DNA of 64,000 bases from a virus (Duplodnaviria > Caudoviricetes). The stretch spans positions 32,001-96,000 of IMG/VR virus record IMGVR_UViG_3300021387_001157. The stretch is one strand, 5' to 3'. A program made the position numbers and the translations under genes. Below, in pieces: positions 1-9,998 of the stretch (its first letter is position 1; each line of letters starts with the position of its first letter). Below the pieces are notes generated by a model. The model was not told where the DNA came from and made no database searches. It saw nothing but the letters and a program-made list of their open reading frames with translations.

Positions 1-174
1 GGTGTTCATTCTCCGACAGAACTTCCTTTTACAGCAGCATCATACGCCACCACGTCGGGTACGTCAGATATTGCCAAAAGAGTCGAACACCAATTACATA
101 TCGGACCACATGATTACGACGGTTCGGCAGAAGTGACTGTCGGATTGTATGATGGAAGTTATTCACAAACATAA
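1..174 (+). CDS. 3' end of a virion structural/fibre-associated protein (partial)
   Basis: Frame 1 is open from base 1 to TAA at 172-174 and ends ...GLYDGSYSQT; the next gene ends similarly (IYDESYTIS). Confidence 0.6.
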   Translation, partial: GVHSPTELPFTAASYATTSGTSDIAKRVEHQLHIGPHDYDGSAEVTVGLYDGSYSQT

Positions 175-182
175 AACTAAAA

Positions 183-191
183 CATAAATAA
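183..191 (+). promoter_or_regulatory. Putative late promoter CATAAATAA
   Basis: 26 nt before ATG 218; same motif and spacing at 2692-2700; resembles the T4 late TATAAATA box. Confidence 0.45.
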
Positions 192-217
192 AATATAAAA
201 TATAAATTTTAAAATAT

Positions 218-2617
218 ATGGGAGATATAGTAATTTCTACAAATATCGATACTTTTGATGTAAATAGTGCCGATGATGGCATAAGTCTTGGTTCAAAAAC
301 AGTCACTTTGAATACAAAAGATACTTATGTACCAGAGAATATTAAAGTTACTGTAGGTGCATCAATAAATGTGGCTGCTGGTAGTTTAAACAATGGAGCA
401 GCAGAAGGTGTAGAATATAGTGAGAATACGGAAGATACAACTATAATTCCATCTGGAGGTTATTTGTATATAAACAAAGGTTGGTTTGAAAACACTAAAA
501 TTTCATTGGGACACCTTATTCCTGAAATCGCTTCAAATGATGCTGGTGTTGGACATATTCTTACTGGATATAAGGCTTATGATGAAGCAGGTAACGTGTT
601 AACTGGTACAGTTCCAACAATTACACCTGTGTTTCAAGGTGGTGCTGTGAGTGTTACACCATCGGTGAATAGTTTGACTGTTCCAACTGTGACATATAAT
701 GCAACTGGTACTTTTCTTCCAACGGGTACTGGTAATGTTGGTTCAACTTATGGTGTAACAACAACTGCTCCAAGTAGTGGTACTGATGGTACAAATTATA
801 TGACAATTGATGCAACACACACGGCTTCCGATGGTAGTGTTAAAGCATATGCTACTGCAAATAGAACCGCCGTTACATATAAAAATGCAGCAGTTGGTTA
901 TGTGAATAAAGCTGCTAACACACAAGCGTTAGCGGAACCTACTACTGCAGCGACAGGCACATCTAGTGCTTCAGCAATTAAACCAACTGTTACCGACAAT
1001 TTTGCAAAGTTGTATATACCAATTGTTACAGTATTTGGTGATGGTGGTGGAGTATCAAAAGTAACTAGTGATAGTTCTCTTTCGATAACTGGTACAGCCC
1101 CAACCGTTACATTAACATACAGTGGTAAATTTACAGATATTGGTTCTTCTGGTGTTGGTGCAACTTATGGTGTCATAGCAGGAGTACCATCATCTGGTAC
1201 AGATGGTACAAACTATTTGTCAATAGTTACTAGTGCTTCAAGTAATACACAGACACTTACTGGTAATGCAACTATAAAATACACGAGAGCCGCCGTTACA
1301 TATACAAATAGTGCTGGTGCAATTGCAGCACATAATGATTCGACATTGTTAGGTGCAAGTTCTCCATCAACCGGTTTGACTCAAAGTGGAACTAGGGATG
1401 TAACTGCAAGTATAACTGGTGCAAAGACATATTCAATTCCTATTGTTAGTTTGGCAAATAAAGGTACTGGTGGTGCTGTGACGGTAAGTGCAAATATTCC
1501 ACAAGATAGTATACAAACAACGGTTCCAACGGTTACTGTTTCAAAAACAGGTTCAATGACTACAACAGGAAATGATGCATGGGGTGTCACAACAACAAAA
1601 CCTAACAGTTGGTCAGATGGAGCAAGTGGTGTGTCAATAACTATATCATCATCAAAAACAAATGGTAGTGTAACTGGTAGTATATCTGGTGAATATAGTA
1701 GAACCGCTGTAAAAACATCTACTAATATTAAAGGTGCTGTATCAGTATCATCATCTTCACCAGTCACACTTTTGACTGCTGTAACAAATGAATCAATCTC
1801 GGATATTGGAAGTTTTTCTAGTGGTGATATTGTACCAACAGTGAGTGGTGCTTCTGGAGCATATTATATAACAAAAGCAACAACAAGTATTTCTGGTGGA
1901 GCATTAACTGGAGATTCTACGATTACATGTACAAGTACCGGTAACTTTACTTGTACACCAAGTGTTAATTTCTTATCCAGAAGTGGAAGTACGACTGGAA
2001 GTGCAATAACACTTAGTACTTATGGTATAACAACAACAGCACCAACGAGTGGTTCTTCTGTCGTTTTCGACCCAGATGGAACTTTAGATGCAGCATCTAG
2101 AACTGTGAGTGCAAGTATTAATGTCGGACGTGCCGCCGTAACAGCAACCATATCAAAAGGTATAACAAAGGGTGCAACACTGACATCTGATGCTGTTGCA
2201 AATACATCGTTTAGTGGTAGTAAAGCCGTAACAGCATCTGTTGCCGCCGGTACAAGTTATTATGTTCCAGTTGTATCTATACCAAAACCATCATTTGGTA
2301 CAGCAAGTATTGGTAAACCAAAAGTTACAATGAGTCAAACTGTAACTAAAACTGGTGGTTCATCAACAACTGTTCCTACAGGTGTTGTTACACAAGCATC
2401 TGTTCCATCTGGATGGACAAACTATATTACAATCACTCCAAATGGTGGAAATATAACAAATGGTTCTGTAGCAATAACTTCAACAGTTACGGTTGGTAAA
2501 GGTTTGACTGCAGGTGGAACACAAAGTAAAGATTCTACAACAACTGTTGGTGCTGACACTGTAGTTTCAAATAAGACATTTATTAAGATATATGATGAGT
2601 CTTATACAATTTCATAA
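218..2617 (+). CDS. Thr/Ser/Gly-rich virion fibre/adhesin-like protein (799 aa)
   Basis: Beta-strand-rich T/S/G/V composition, repeated 'YGVTTTAP..GTDGTNY' and 'RTAV/RAAV' modules, adjacent to a tail fibre gene. Confidence 0.65.
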   Translation: MGDIVISTNIDTFDVNSADDGISLGSKTVTLNTKDTYVPENIKVTVGASINVAAGSLNNGAAEGVEYSENTEDTTIIPSGGYLYINKGWFENTKISLGHLIPEIASNDAGVGHILTGYKAYDEAGNVLTGTVPTITPVFQGGAVSVTPSVNSLTVPTVTYNATGTFLPTGTGNVGSTYGVTTTAPSSGTDGTNYMTIDATHTASDGSVKAYATANRTAVTYKNAAVGYVNKAANTQALAEPTTAATGTSSASAIKPTVTDNFAKLYIPIVTVFGDGGGVSKVTSDSSLSITGTAPTVTLTYSGKFTDIGSSGVGATYGVIAGVPSSGTDGTNYLSIVTSASSNTQTLTGNATIKYTRAAVTYTNSAGAIAAHNDSTLLGASSPSTGLTQSGTRDVTASITGAKTYSIPIVSLANKGTGGAVTVSANIPQDSIQTTVPTVTVSKTGSMTTTGNDAWGVTTTKPNSWSDGASGVSITISSSKTNGSVTGSISGEYSRTAVKTSTNIKGAVSVSSSSPVTLLTAVTNESISDIGSFSSGDIVPTVSGASGAYYITKATTSISGGALTGDSTITCTSTGNFTCTPSVNFLSRSGSTTGSAITLSTYGITTTAPTSGSSVVFDPDGTLDAASRTVSASINVGRAAVTATISKGITKGATLTSDAVANTSFSGSKAVTASVAAGTSYYVPVVSIPKPSFGTASIGKPKVTMSQTVTKTGGSSTTVPTGVVTQASVPSGWTNYITITPNGGNITNGSVAITSTVTVGKGLTAGGTQSKDSTTTVGADTVVSNKTFIKIYDESYTIS

Positions 2618-2633
2618 TTAAAAATAATATTGG

Positions 2634-2668
2634 AAAAGGTGACAGATACAAGTCTGTCACCTTTTTTT
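2634..2668 (+). terminator. Intrinsic terminator
   Basis: aaaaggtgacaga-tacaag-tctgtcacctttttttt hairpin with U-tract. Confidence 0.8.
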
Positions 2669-2691
2669 GTTATATTTTATATATAATAACA

Positions 2692-2700
2692 CATAAATAA
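2692..2700 (+). promoter_or_regulatory. Putative late promoter CATAAATAA
   Basis: 26 nt upstream of ATG 2727, immediately after a terminator. Confidence 0.45.
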
Positions 2701-2726
2701 ATTAAATATTAAAATTTCAACAATAT

Positions 2727-5700
2727 ATGGCAAATATACCTATAGAAGTCAATACCGGTGAAACTAAAACAATCACATTTCACACATCCGGTACTTTTAA
2801 CACAGAGGATATAGTTTTTTCAATTTCAGCCGCTGGTGGTGATGCAAATACCACAATGAGTGGTGTCGCCTATTGTAGTACCGCCGCTGCAACTGCAACT
2901 AAAACAGCCACTATGCCTGGTTTTGAACTAGTAACTGGACAGAGAATATTACTCCAGACAACTAATACAAATAGTGCAACATCCAATGTCAAACTCAGTG
3001 TAAATGGTACAACAGCAAAACCAATCAAAATTGGTACGTCAAATGTAACATCAAGTAACTTTCCAGCTGCTTGGTGGATTGCCAATTACGATGGTACGAA
3101 CTGGGTTTTAACAAGAGTTTATTTGAGTGATACCAATACTGACACTATGGTTACACAAAGTGCTACAACAACAGAAAATTATAGAAAAATACTTCTCGGT
3201 TATAATAGTTCTGCAACAACAGGTGATGCAATTACAAGTACCACAAATGTTGCATACGAGGCAGTTGATGTAGAAGTCCAACCAAGCACTGGAAAAATAA
3301 TTTCTAATGGGTTTGTGAAAAAAGGTGGAACATCTTCTCAGTTTTTGAAAGCAGATGGTAGTGTGGATTCAAATACATATTCACTTTCCTCACATAACCA
3401 TAGTGGAGTTTATAAACCAATTCAGACAGCCGTAACTTCACCAACCGCTTCGACTACTACATCAACAACTTTCATTGACACAGTAAGTCAGGACACAAAA
3501 GGTGTTATCACTGCAACTAAGAAAACTCTTCCTACTGCATCTACATCGACAGCGGGTATCATCAAGATTGGAACATCTTCTACAACAGCAGCCGCCGGTA
3601 ATCATACACATACGTTTGCAAGTCTTACTTCAAAACCGACAACACTTGCCGGTTATGGAATAACTGATGCAACCGACACCAAGGTGACTTCTGTTGACAA
3701 TCACTATACACCAGAAAGTGATGATGAGGCATCTCTTACTGCATCTGCAAGTGGTGCTAGTGCTGCATGGGGTATAGATGTTGTAAAAGGAATAACGATT
3801 TCGAAAGATGCAAAGGGTCACGTGACGGGTCTTTCTGTTACTTCTGGTAAGATACCTGCTAACCCAAACACAGATGCAAAGGTAACACCAGTTGCACTTT
3901 CTACTGATTCAGCTACGAACTATAACATACTTCTTGTAAATTCAAATACCACTCCTACTACAAATGGTCAACCAAAATATGCAACAACAGCCAAGATAAA
4001 TGGTAAGGGTGAGATAACGGCAACAAGTTTTAAGTTGTCTAGTGGTACTGGTTTCTTGAAGGCCGATGGAAGTGTTGATACAAACACATATTCAACTTCA
4101 AACCACACACATAGTGAATATAAAACAACTCAAACCGCTGTTTCGGACCCAAGTGTTCCAACGAGTGGTACTACTACATCAACATCATTTATCGATACCA
4201 TTAGTCAGAATACAAACGGTGACATAACTGTAACCAAGAAGAATATTCCAACTGCAAGTACTTCTGTTGCTGGTATAACAAAAGTTGGTGCTTCCGGTGG
4301 TGCTGCAACTTATGGACACACACATTCTAATTACGTTGATTTGAGTAGTGCTCAGACAATTTCCGGTGTTAAAACGTTTTCAAATGGATTGAATATGAAT
4401 ACTGGTACTTCTTGGGCAGATTCAGATAGAACTATTCCATTTGGTGCAAATGGTGATGCAACAAAAATCCAATATATTTCAAATGATACAAATAAAGGTT
4501 TGACATTCAATCCAAGTACAGGTGCATTAAAGGCTGCAAGTTTCGTTAAACGTGGTGGAACATCGACTCAATTCTTGAAGGCTGACGGAAGTGTTGACAG
4601 TACTTCATACTCACCAACAAGTCATAACCATAGTGGAGTTTATAAACCAATTCAGACAGCCGTAACTTCGCCAACGGCTTCAACTACTACATCAACAACA
4701 TTCATCGATTCAATAAGTCAAAATGAAAACGGTGTTATTACTGCAACTAAGAAGACACTTCCTAGTTATGCTTCATCAAGCCATAGTCACGCTTTTAGTA
4801 GTATAACATCAAGAGGTGAAGCATATCTTGAATGGGGTGGAAAAAATTTAGCTAGTACTTATTCACCGATAGACGCTGCAATGGTTGGAAATCTTGGTGC
4901 AAACAGAACAGCATTTGTTTCACCAAATGCAGTCACTGTTGAATATTCAAGAGATGGTGGTACAACTTGGACAGATTATGGTGCATCAGATTCAAGTAAG
5001 ACGGGTTTCTTTACAGATTTTAAAACTAGTGCATTTTATATTGGTAAATCGACAACATCAAATCCAGCCGATGCAAATTGTCAACTTCGTGTAACTTTAT
5101 CGACAGCTGGTAATCAGGTTTATACAGTTTTGAATAAATTTATTATATATGTTACAACAAGTGGTAGTGCTGGAACTTGGTGTTCAATAGATGCTCGTCT
5201 TCAATCAAATATTACAAGTAATACAGACACTTGGAAAAATTTTGCAAATAAGGTTAGTGTTTTAGGTTGGAGTGGATATAATGTTATTAACACATCTGGT
5301 ATTACAACATACGGAAATACACCATCATCACAGTATGGTCAAGTTCGTTTCACATTCGGTTGTACTGGTGTTAGTACATCCAATTATCCTGGTTTGGGTA
5401 TTTTTGGTGTTAATTGTTATGGTGGAGTTGGTTGGGCAACACCATCAACAATGGCAAGTAATGGTAGATTGTATAGTTTTGATATGTCAAAAAATGCAAC
5501 ATTTCCAGCAAAGATAACAGCAACACAGTTTGTTAAAAGTGGTGGTACGTCTTCACAGTTTTTGAAAGCGGATGGAAGTGTGGATAGTAATTCATATGTA
5601 ACATCTGATACGAAAGCATCACATGTGGTAGTTGGTCCAGAATCATCATCTTCTACTAATACAGATTCGGAAGTCGCTTGTTTTATCAATGTTGTAAATT

Positions 5701-6785
5701 CTGACGGTACCGTTGCACCAGGTGTAAAAATCACTGGTAGTGGTTCTGTATATGTAAATAGTAATTCTGATGGAGTTATAACTATAAATGGAGCATCTGG
5801 AAGTGATGTCACATTACCTGAAAGTAATATAACTTTGTCAACAACTGCACAAACATATATAACATCGGGTTCTACTACAAGGAAAATATCTCTTCCAAGT
5901 ACAGACCCATATACAAGTGCAAGAACACCATCAAGTCACACACATGGTAATATTCAGAATGGTGGAACACTTCAAACAACCGATATTACAATTGCAAATG
6001 GAGACAAGTTAGTTGTCACCGATTCGTCAAACTCGAATAAGATTGCAAGAACTTCTATTACATTCGACGGAAGTACGACGACAAAATTCCTTTCACAAAA
6101 AGGAACATGGGAGAGTCCATCGAGTGGAGGTTCAACTGTTACTTTACCTAGTAGCAATATAACACTTTCCACAACCGCTTCAACATATATAACTGTCGAT
6201 GGAACATCTAGAACTATTGCATTACCGACAAATATTCCAGATACTTGGATAGGTACAACTTTCGATACTGTTTCTAAAGGTAGTCACGGGCATGGAACTA
6301 TAAGTAACGGTGGTTATATTCAAGGTAATATATCACAATCTGGAGGTGTGGCAAATAACCAAGTCGCTATTGCAAACGGTGACAGACTTGTGATTGGAGA
6401 TTACAGTGATAGAAGTGATAATTATCATAAACTAAAATTGACAAGTATTGTATTCGACGGAAGTACGACGACACAGTTCCTCTCAAAGAAAGGAACATGG
6501 GAAACTCCTTCTGGTGGTAGCGCATCAATGGCATCTCCACATAATAGTTTAGGAACAGTATTACCTCTTGATTCAATATCGTCGTTTAATACATCACCAA
6601 ATTATATGGATTATGAACTAACGACTACTAATACTGTTGAGTTACTTAGAGTAGATGGGGAAAAAGAATATATTTCATATCTACTCCCAATTTGTATGGA
6701 TAATTTAGGTCATCTATATATACCTATTACAGAAGCTTTTGGTACTTTTTTACTAGATGGATATGGATATACAGCAAGTCACTAA
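2727..6785 (+). CDS. Long tail fibre protein (1352 aa)
   Basis: Repeated (GGTSSQ)FLKADGSVD motifs, many HxH motifs (HNH, HTH, HSH) typical of trimeric fibres, duplicated FDGSTT..FLS.KGTWE module. Confidence 0.8.
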   Translation: MANIPIEVNTGETKTITFHTSGTFNTEDIVFSISAAGGDANTTMSGVAYCSTAAATATKTATMPGFELVTGQRILLQTTNTNSATSNVKLSVNGTTAKPIKIGTSNVTSSNFPAAWWIANYDGTNWVLTRVYLSDTNTDTMVTQSATTTENYRKILLGYNSSATTGDAITSTTNVAYEAVDVEVQPSTGKIISNGFVKKGGTSSQFLKADGSVDSNTYSLSSHNHSGVYKPIQTAVTSPTASTTTSTTFIDTVSQDTKGVITATKKTLPTASTSTAGIIKIGTSSTTAAAGNHTHTFASLTSKPTTLAGYGITDATDTKVTSVDNHYTPESDDEASLTASASGASAAWGIDVVKGITISKDAKGHVTGLSVTSGKIPANPNTDAKVTPVALSTDSATNYNILLVNSNTTPTTNGQPKYATTAKINGKGEITATSFKLSSGTGFLKADGSVDTNTYSTSNHTHSEYKTTQTAVSDPSVPTSGTTTSTSFIDTISQNTNGDITVTKKNIPTASTSVAGITKVGASGGAATYGHTHSNYVDLSSAQTISGVKTFSNGLNMNTGTSWADSDRTIPFGANGDATKIQYISNDTNKGLTFNPSTGALKAASFVKRGGTSTQFLKADGSVDSTSYSPTSHNHSGVYKPIQTAVTSPTASTTTSTTFIDSISQNENGVITATKKTLPSYASSSHSHAFSSITSRGEAYLEWGGKNLASTYSPIDAAMVGNLGANRTAFVSPNAVTVEYSRDGGTTWTDYGASDSSKTGFFTDFKTSAFYIGKSTTSNPADANCQLRVTLSTAGNQVYTVLNKFIIYVTTSGSAGTWCSIDARLQSNITSNTDTWKNFANKVSVLGWSGYNVINTSGITTYGNTPSSQYGQVRFTFGCTGVSTSNYPGLGIFGVNCYGGVGWATPSTMASNGRLYSFDMSKNATFPAKITATQFVKSGGTSSQFLKADGSVDSNSYVTSDTKASHVVVGPESSSSTNTDSEVACFINVVNSDGTVAPGVKITGSGSVYVNSNSDGVITINGASGSDVTLPESNITLSTTAQTYITSGSTTRKISLPSTDPYTSARTPSSHTHGNIQNGGTLQTTDITIANGDKLVVTDSSNSNKIARTSITFDGSTTTKFLSQKGTWESPSSGGSTVTLPSSNITLSTTASTYITVDGTSRTIALPTNIPDTWIGTTFDTVSKGSHGHGTISNGGYIQGNISQSGGVANNQVAIANGDRLVIGDYSDRSDNYHKLKLTSIVFDGSTTTQFLSKKGTWETPSGGSASMASPHNSLGTVLPLDSISSFNTSPNYMDYELTTTNTVELLRVDGEKEYISYLLPICMDNLGHLYIPITEAFGTFLLDGYGYTASH
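3393..4763 (+). repeat. Intragenic DNA duplication in the tail fibre gene (about 3393-3533 and 4623-4763)
   Basis: cataaccatagtggagtttataaaccaattcagacagccgtaacttc... is nearly identical at both sites. Confidence 0.85.
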
Positions 6786-6786
6786 T

Positions 6787-6824
6787 AAAAAAAGACCCTC
6801 GACATAATCGAGGGTCTTTTTTTT
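6787..6824. terminator. Bidirectional intrinsic terminator between convergent genes
   Basis: aaaaaaagaccctcga-cataa-tcgagggtctttttttt. Confidence 0.85.
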
Positions 6825-6832
6825 ATATCTTA

Positions 6833-7471
6833 TTATAGAAAGAATCCTTTCTTTTTAAGATACTTACCAAATGAATCAACCATTTCTAAAATATTATCTC
6901 TTACAATTTCCTTGTCAGATTTTACAACTGGTTTTGTGTATGATGGTTTTTCTCCGGTAGTATCCATGGTAGTATACATATCCATCTGTTGATACTTATT
7001 ATCGACATAACTCAACAATCTATTGTAGTAACGGATACCGGCATCAATAGACTTGTTTTCTTCGTTTAGTTCTATAATTCTTTTGTTTGCAAAGTTTATA
7101 TCTTCATTGTATTTTTCAATCTTTCCATCATTGTCTTCCTTACATGATTTCCAAGTTTTAATGTCTCTTTTCAAACTCTCAATGATATCTTCCTTGTTGC
7201 AACAGTTTTCCAACTTTTCTTTGATTCCTTCTTCAATCTTGTATTCACCATTTTCATTTTTTTCAGAATCACGATATAACGTTATTTCATCAAAGTCTAC
7301 AATAATTTTTTCATCGTCTTTCTTGACCGGTTCATCATCTGGAACAATCTTCTCATATGATGTGACGACGAGTTGTTCATAAGGATTTTCCATTGCTTTC
7401 TTTACGGCTTCATTGAAGTCTTCACGATTGGTGTACTCTACACCGTTTACATTTCCGATAAACTTTTTCAT
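6833..7471 (-). CDS. Hypothetical coiled-coil protein
   Basis: 212-aa ORF, K/E-rich central region. Confidence 0.7.
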   Translation of the reverse strand: MKKFIGNVNGVEYTNREDFNEAVKKAMENPYEQLVVTSYEKIVPDDEPVKKDDEKIIVDFDEITLYRDSEKNENGEYKIEEGIKEKLENCCNKEDIIESLKRDIKTWKSCKEDNDGKIEKYNEDINFANKRIIELNEENKSIDAGIRYYNRLLSYVDNKYQQMDMYTTMDTTGEKPSYTKPVVKSDKEIVRDNILEMVDSFGKYLKKKGFFL

Positions 7472-7484
7472 TTCTTCAATTTTT

Positions 7485-7865
7485 TTATATGTTTAATTCT
7501 TTTATTTTATTTTTCGTTTTTTCACCCATTATAGAGGCGAAAATATGTCGGTGGCAGAAGTCCCCACTCTTCTCAAAACAGAGCAATACAAGGTCTTTTT
7601 TGCCGTTTATTTCGGATATTTGTTCAAATGTTTTCCACACACGGTTGAAATCAAACCTTTCCATATCCTTCCTGTAGATTTTCTCGTATTCGGTTTCATC
7701 GATTTCACCGGACTTTATCTTTCTCAGTAAATCCTCCGACGGGGCAAAAGTTTTAATCTCGGCGATATTGAGTCCTTTCGGTGTGTATCGTGCAATTGAT
7801 ATTGGAAAATATCCGGCATCCAATATTTTGTTGAGTTTTGCAAAGTAACTCGTATAAATCTTCAT
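7485..7865 (-). CDS. DUF488 family protein
   Basis: IYTSYF, ISIAR, APS..LL and LLCFEK..DFCHRH motifs; start moved to MKIYTSY. Confidence 0.75.
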   Translation of the reverse strand: MKIYTSYFAKLNKILDAGYFPISIARYTPKGLNIAEIKTFAPSEDLLRKIKSGEIDETEYEKIYRKDMERFDFNRVWKTFEQISEINGKKDLVLLCFEKSGDFCHRHIFASIMGEKTKNKIKELNI

Positions 7866-7882
7866 ATAGTTTAAATATAACA

Positions 7883-7921
7883 AAAAAATTCAGATAGATT
7901 CAATCCATCTGAATTTTTTTT
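7883..7921 (-). terminator. Intrinsic terminator after the glycosyltransferase genes
   Basis: aaaaaattcagat...atctgaattttttt inverted repeat. Confidence 0.6.
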
Positions 7922-8810
7922 ATTTAATTCTTTTCCAAACAAATTTTCCATCGGACACATGGACTTTTACTATTTTACCTTCTGCAATATCTTTTCTTAG
8001 TTTTATTATCCTTGAATATCTTTCGTTTATTCCATTTGACACGATTGATTTCATCTCTTCTAAATTATTATTTTCATCTTCAGATTCAGAGAATAACCCA
8101 AATATATTATTGATATTTTTATTGGTTATTTTTTTCAATCTTTGAACTGCAACATTATCATATTTTTTTGCAAATATTACTTTCTTACTCTTTGATAAAC
8201 TTGTTTCATCAAGATTAAGATTATATAAATTCAGAAGTTCCTTTACATCATATTTTGTACAAGGCTTATTTAAAAAACCATTTAACCAAAGTATATACAA
8301 ATATGTTCTGTCATCGTTGTATGTGTTAATAATTTCATCGTTGACATATTTATTCCAATTTTTTAACATTCTTTTTGTATATAAAGAATTTGCAGCAGCG
8401 ACATACATATTCGGTAAAAAACCCATATTACTTCTATTACTTGTTATTGAATATTTTTTCCCAAACTTATTAAAATCATCCAATCTACTTTCAATAAAAT
8501 CTTTTGGAAATAATAAATCATCGTCGGCCGTTATTATAATATCATCGTCGTCAAGATAGTCGAGTATTGGAAATATTTTTTTCATAGACTTTGTGTTTTT
8601 ACCATCAACCCAATTTATAATAAGTCTTTCATCTGAATTGAAATACTCAACCAAATCTTTCGGGAGTTCCACTTTTTCAAAATCAAATTCACTTTTACTC
8701 AAATTCAGATAAACTCTATCAGGTTTCATTGTGTTGTTCATTATACTATTAACAACTTTTTTCACCGAACCTATCCTTTTTACCCATGAAGTCATAGTTA
8801 CTACAATCAT
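7920..8810 (-). CDS. GT-A fold glycosyltransferase
   Basis: IVVTMTSW..RI, KK.FP, IITADDD (DxD) and a later DD motif. Confidence 0.75.
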   Translation of the reverse strand: MIVVTMTSWVKRIGSVKKVVNSIMNNTMKPDRVYLNLSKSEFDFEKVELPKDLVEYFNSDERLIINWVDGKNTKSMKKIFPILDYLDDDDIIITADDDLLFPKDFIESRLDDFNKFGKKYSITSNRSNMGFLPNMYVAAANSLYTKRMLKNWNKYVNDEIINTYNDDRTYLYILWLNGFLNKPCTKYDVKELLNLYNLNLDETSLSKSKKVIFAKKYDNVAVQRLKKITNKNINNIFGLFSESEDENNNLEEMKSIVSNGINERYSRIIKLRKDIAEGKIVKVHVSDGKFVWKRIK

Positions 8811-8812
8811 AA

Positions 8813-9562
8813 TTATGAATAAATTCTATTGTTTATATTTGTTTTTCCTGTGTTCTTTGCATATTTACTTTCACCGGTGTATTTCCCCATTCCACTAAAC
8901 TCACCAAATGAAAGACCCATTTTCCATAAAACGTATGGTACAATAATCTGGTCTCTTCTTGAATTTACCTCTTTATATTTTCTGAAAATCTCATCTTGGA
9001 TTTCTTTACCTTTTTTGTTTTTAAGGTCTGTTAAGATAATGGCAGTTTCGAAAACTATATTCTTTTCTGGATACCTTTCTTCTTTCAGTTTTTTTCTCCA
9101 TTCTGCAAGTTCTTTTAAATTACCAACCTTAACGTCTATAAGATAGTCTATATGTTTATATATACTTTCATAATTTAACTTGTGTTTCGGATATTTCTTT
9201 GGTGAAAAATAATATTGGTGCATAACAAAGCCATATTTCATATTATCCACCATATCATGTACAATTTCATTTGGGTTTTTAAGAAGGATGACTTTCGAGT
9301 CTATATACAAAGAATAATCAAAATCATAGTTTTTGAAATTATCATAAGGATGCCATTTGTAAAGTTTGTTCATATCCTCTTTATACATACCTTCTCTCTC
9401 TGTGTCTACTTTTACCAAATTCCATCCATTCCTTTTAGTCTCACCCTCTTTGACATCATCGGTAAACATAAAATATGTTATATTGTCATCTTTGAAAGTT
9501 ATTTCTGGCCAAGGCTTATTATCTTTGTTATTTGTAATATAACAAAATACTGCAATTTTCAT
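8813..9562 (-). CDS. DUF616 (MUCI70/TOD1-like) putative glycosyltransferase
   Basis: FMFTDD, K.HP, SLYIDSK and RRDQ..PYVLW motifs. Confidence 0.65.
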   Translation of the reverse strand: MKIAVFCYITNNKDNKPWPEITFKDDNITYFMFTDDVKEGETKRNGWNLVKVDTEREGMYKEDMNKLYKWHPYDNFKNYDFDYSLYIDSKVILLKNPNEIVHDMVDNMKYGFVMHQYYFSPKKYPKHKLNYESIYKHIDYLIDVKVGNLKELAEWRKKLKEERYPEKNIVFETAIILTDLKNKKGKEIQDEIFRKYKEVNSRRDQIIVPYVLWKMGLSFGEFSGMGKYTGESKYAKNTGKTNINNRIYS

Positions 9563-9924
9563 ATTATTATTTTTTCATTTTCTTCGTCAAACATAAAGTC
9601 GGAATCATCCAAATCAGAATCGTCTACAAATCCGAAATTTGATGATAATGTTGATTCCAAATTCTTAAACAATGAATCAAAATCTGATTTCAAATCATCC
9701 ATTCCACTCTTATCAACTCTTCTCGGTGTATATCCGTTATCTACACCAGTCCATTTTGCAAAGGAAATATATCCATGTTCTTTTATATATTCATCCCATT
9801 GCTCGAGTGCATCATCCGGCATTTCGAAATCAATGTCAAAAATTATATCGGACTCACCATATCTTTTACAATCTTCATCCGAAAAAGAATGTTTCTCCTT
9901 GAATTTGTTTAAATATTTTTCCAT
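9559..9924 (-). CDS. Acidic hypothetical protein
   Basis: 121-aa ORF with ATGA overlap to the next gene. Confidence 0.65.
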   Translation of the reverse strand: MEKYLNKFKEKHSFSDEDCKRYGESDIIFDIDFEMPDDALEQWDEYIKEHGYISFAKWTGVDNGYTPRRVDKSGMDDLKSDFDSLFKNLESTLSSNFGFVDDSDLDDSDFMFDEENEKIII

Positions 9925-9998
9925 AATTTATTTATGTATATAAAAAAAGAAAGACAATCATTTACGACTGTCTTTTCTTTCTTTTTGTGGAGTATCTC

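Noticed and set aside
2727-6785. Diversity-generating retroelement target
   Set aside because: Repeat differences are not adenine-specific and no reverse transcriptase is present.
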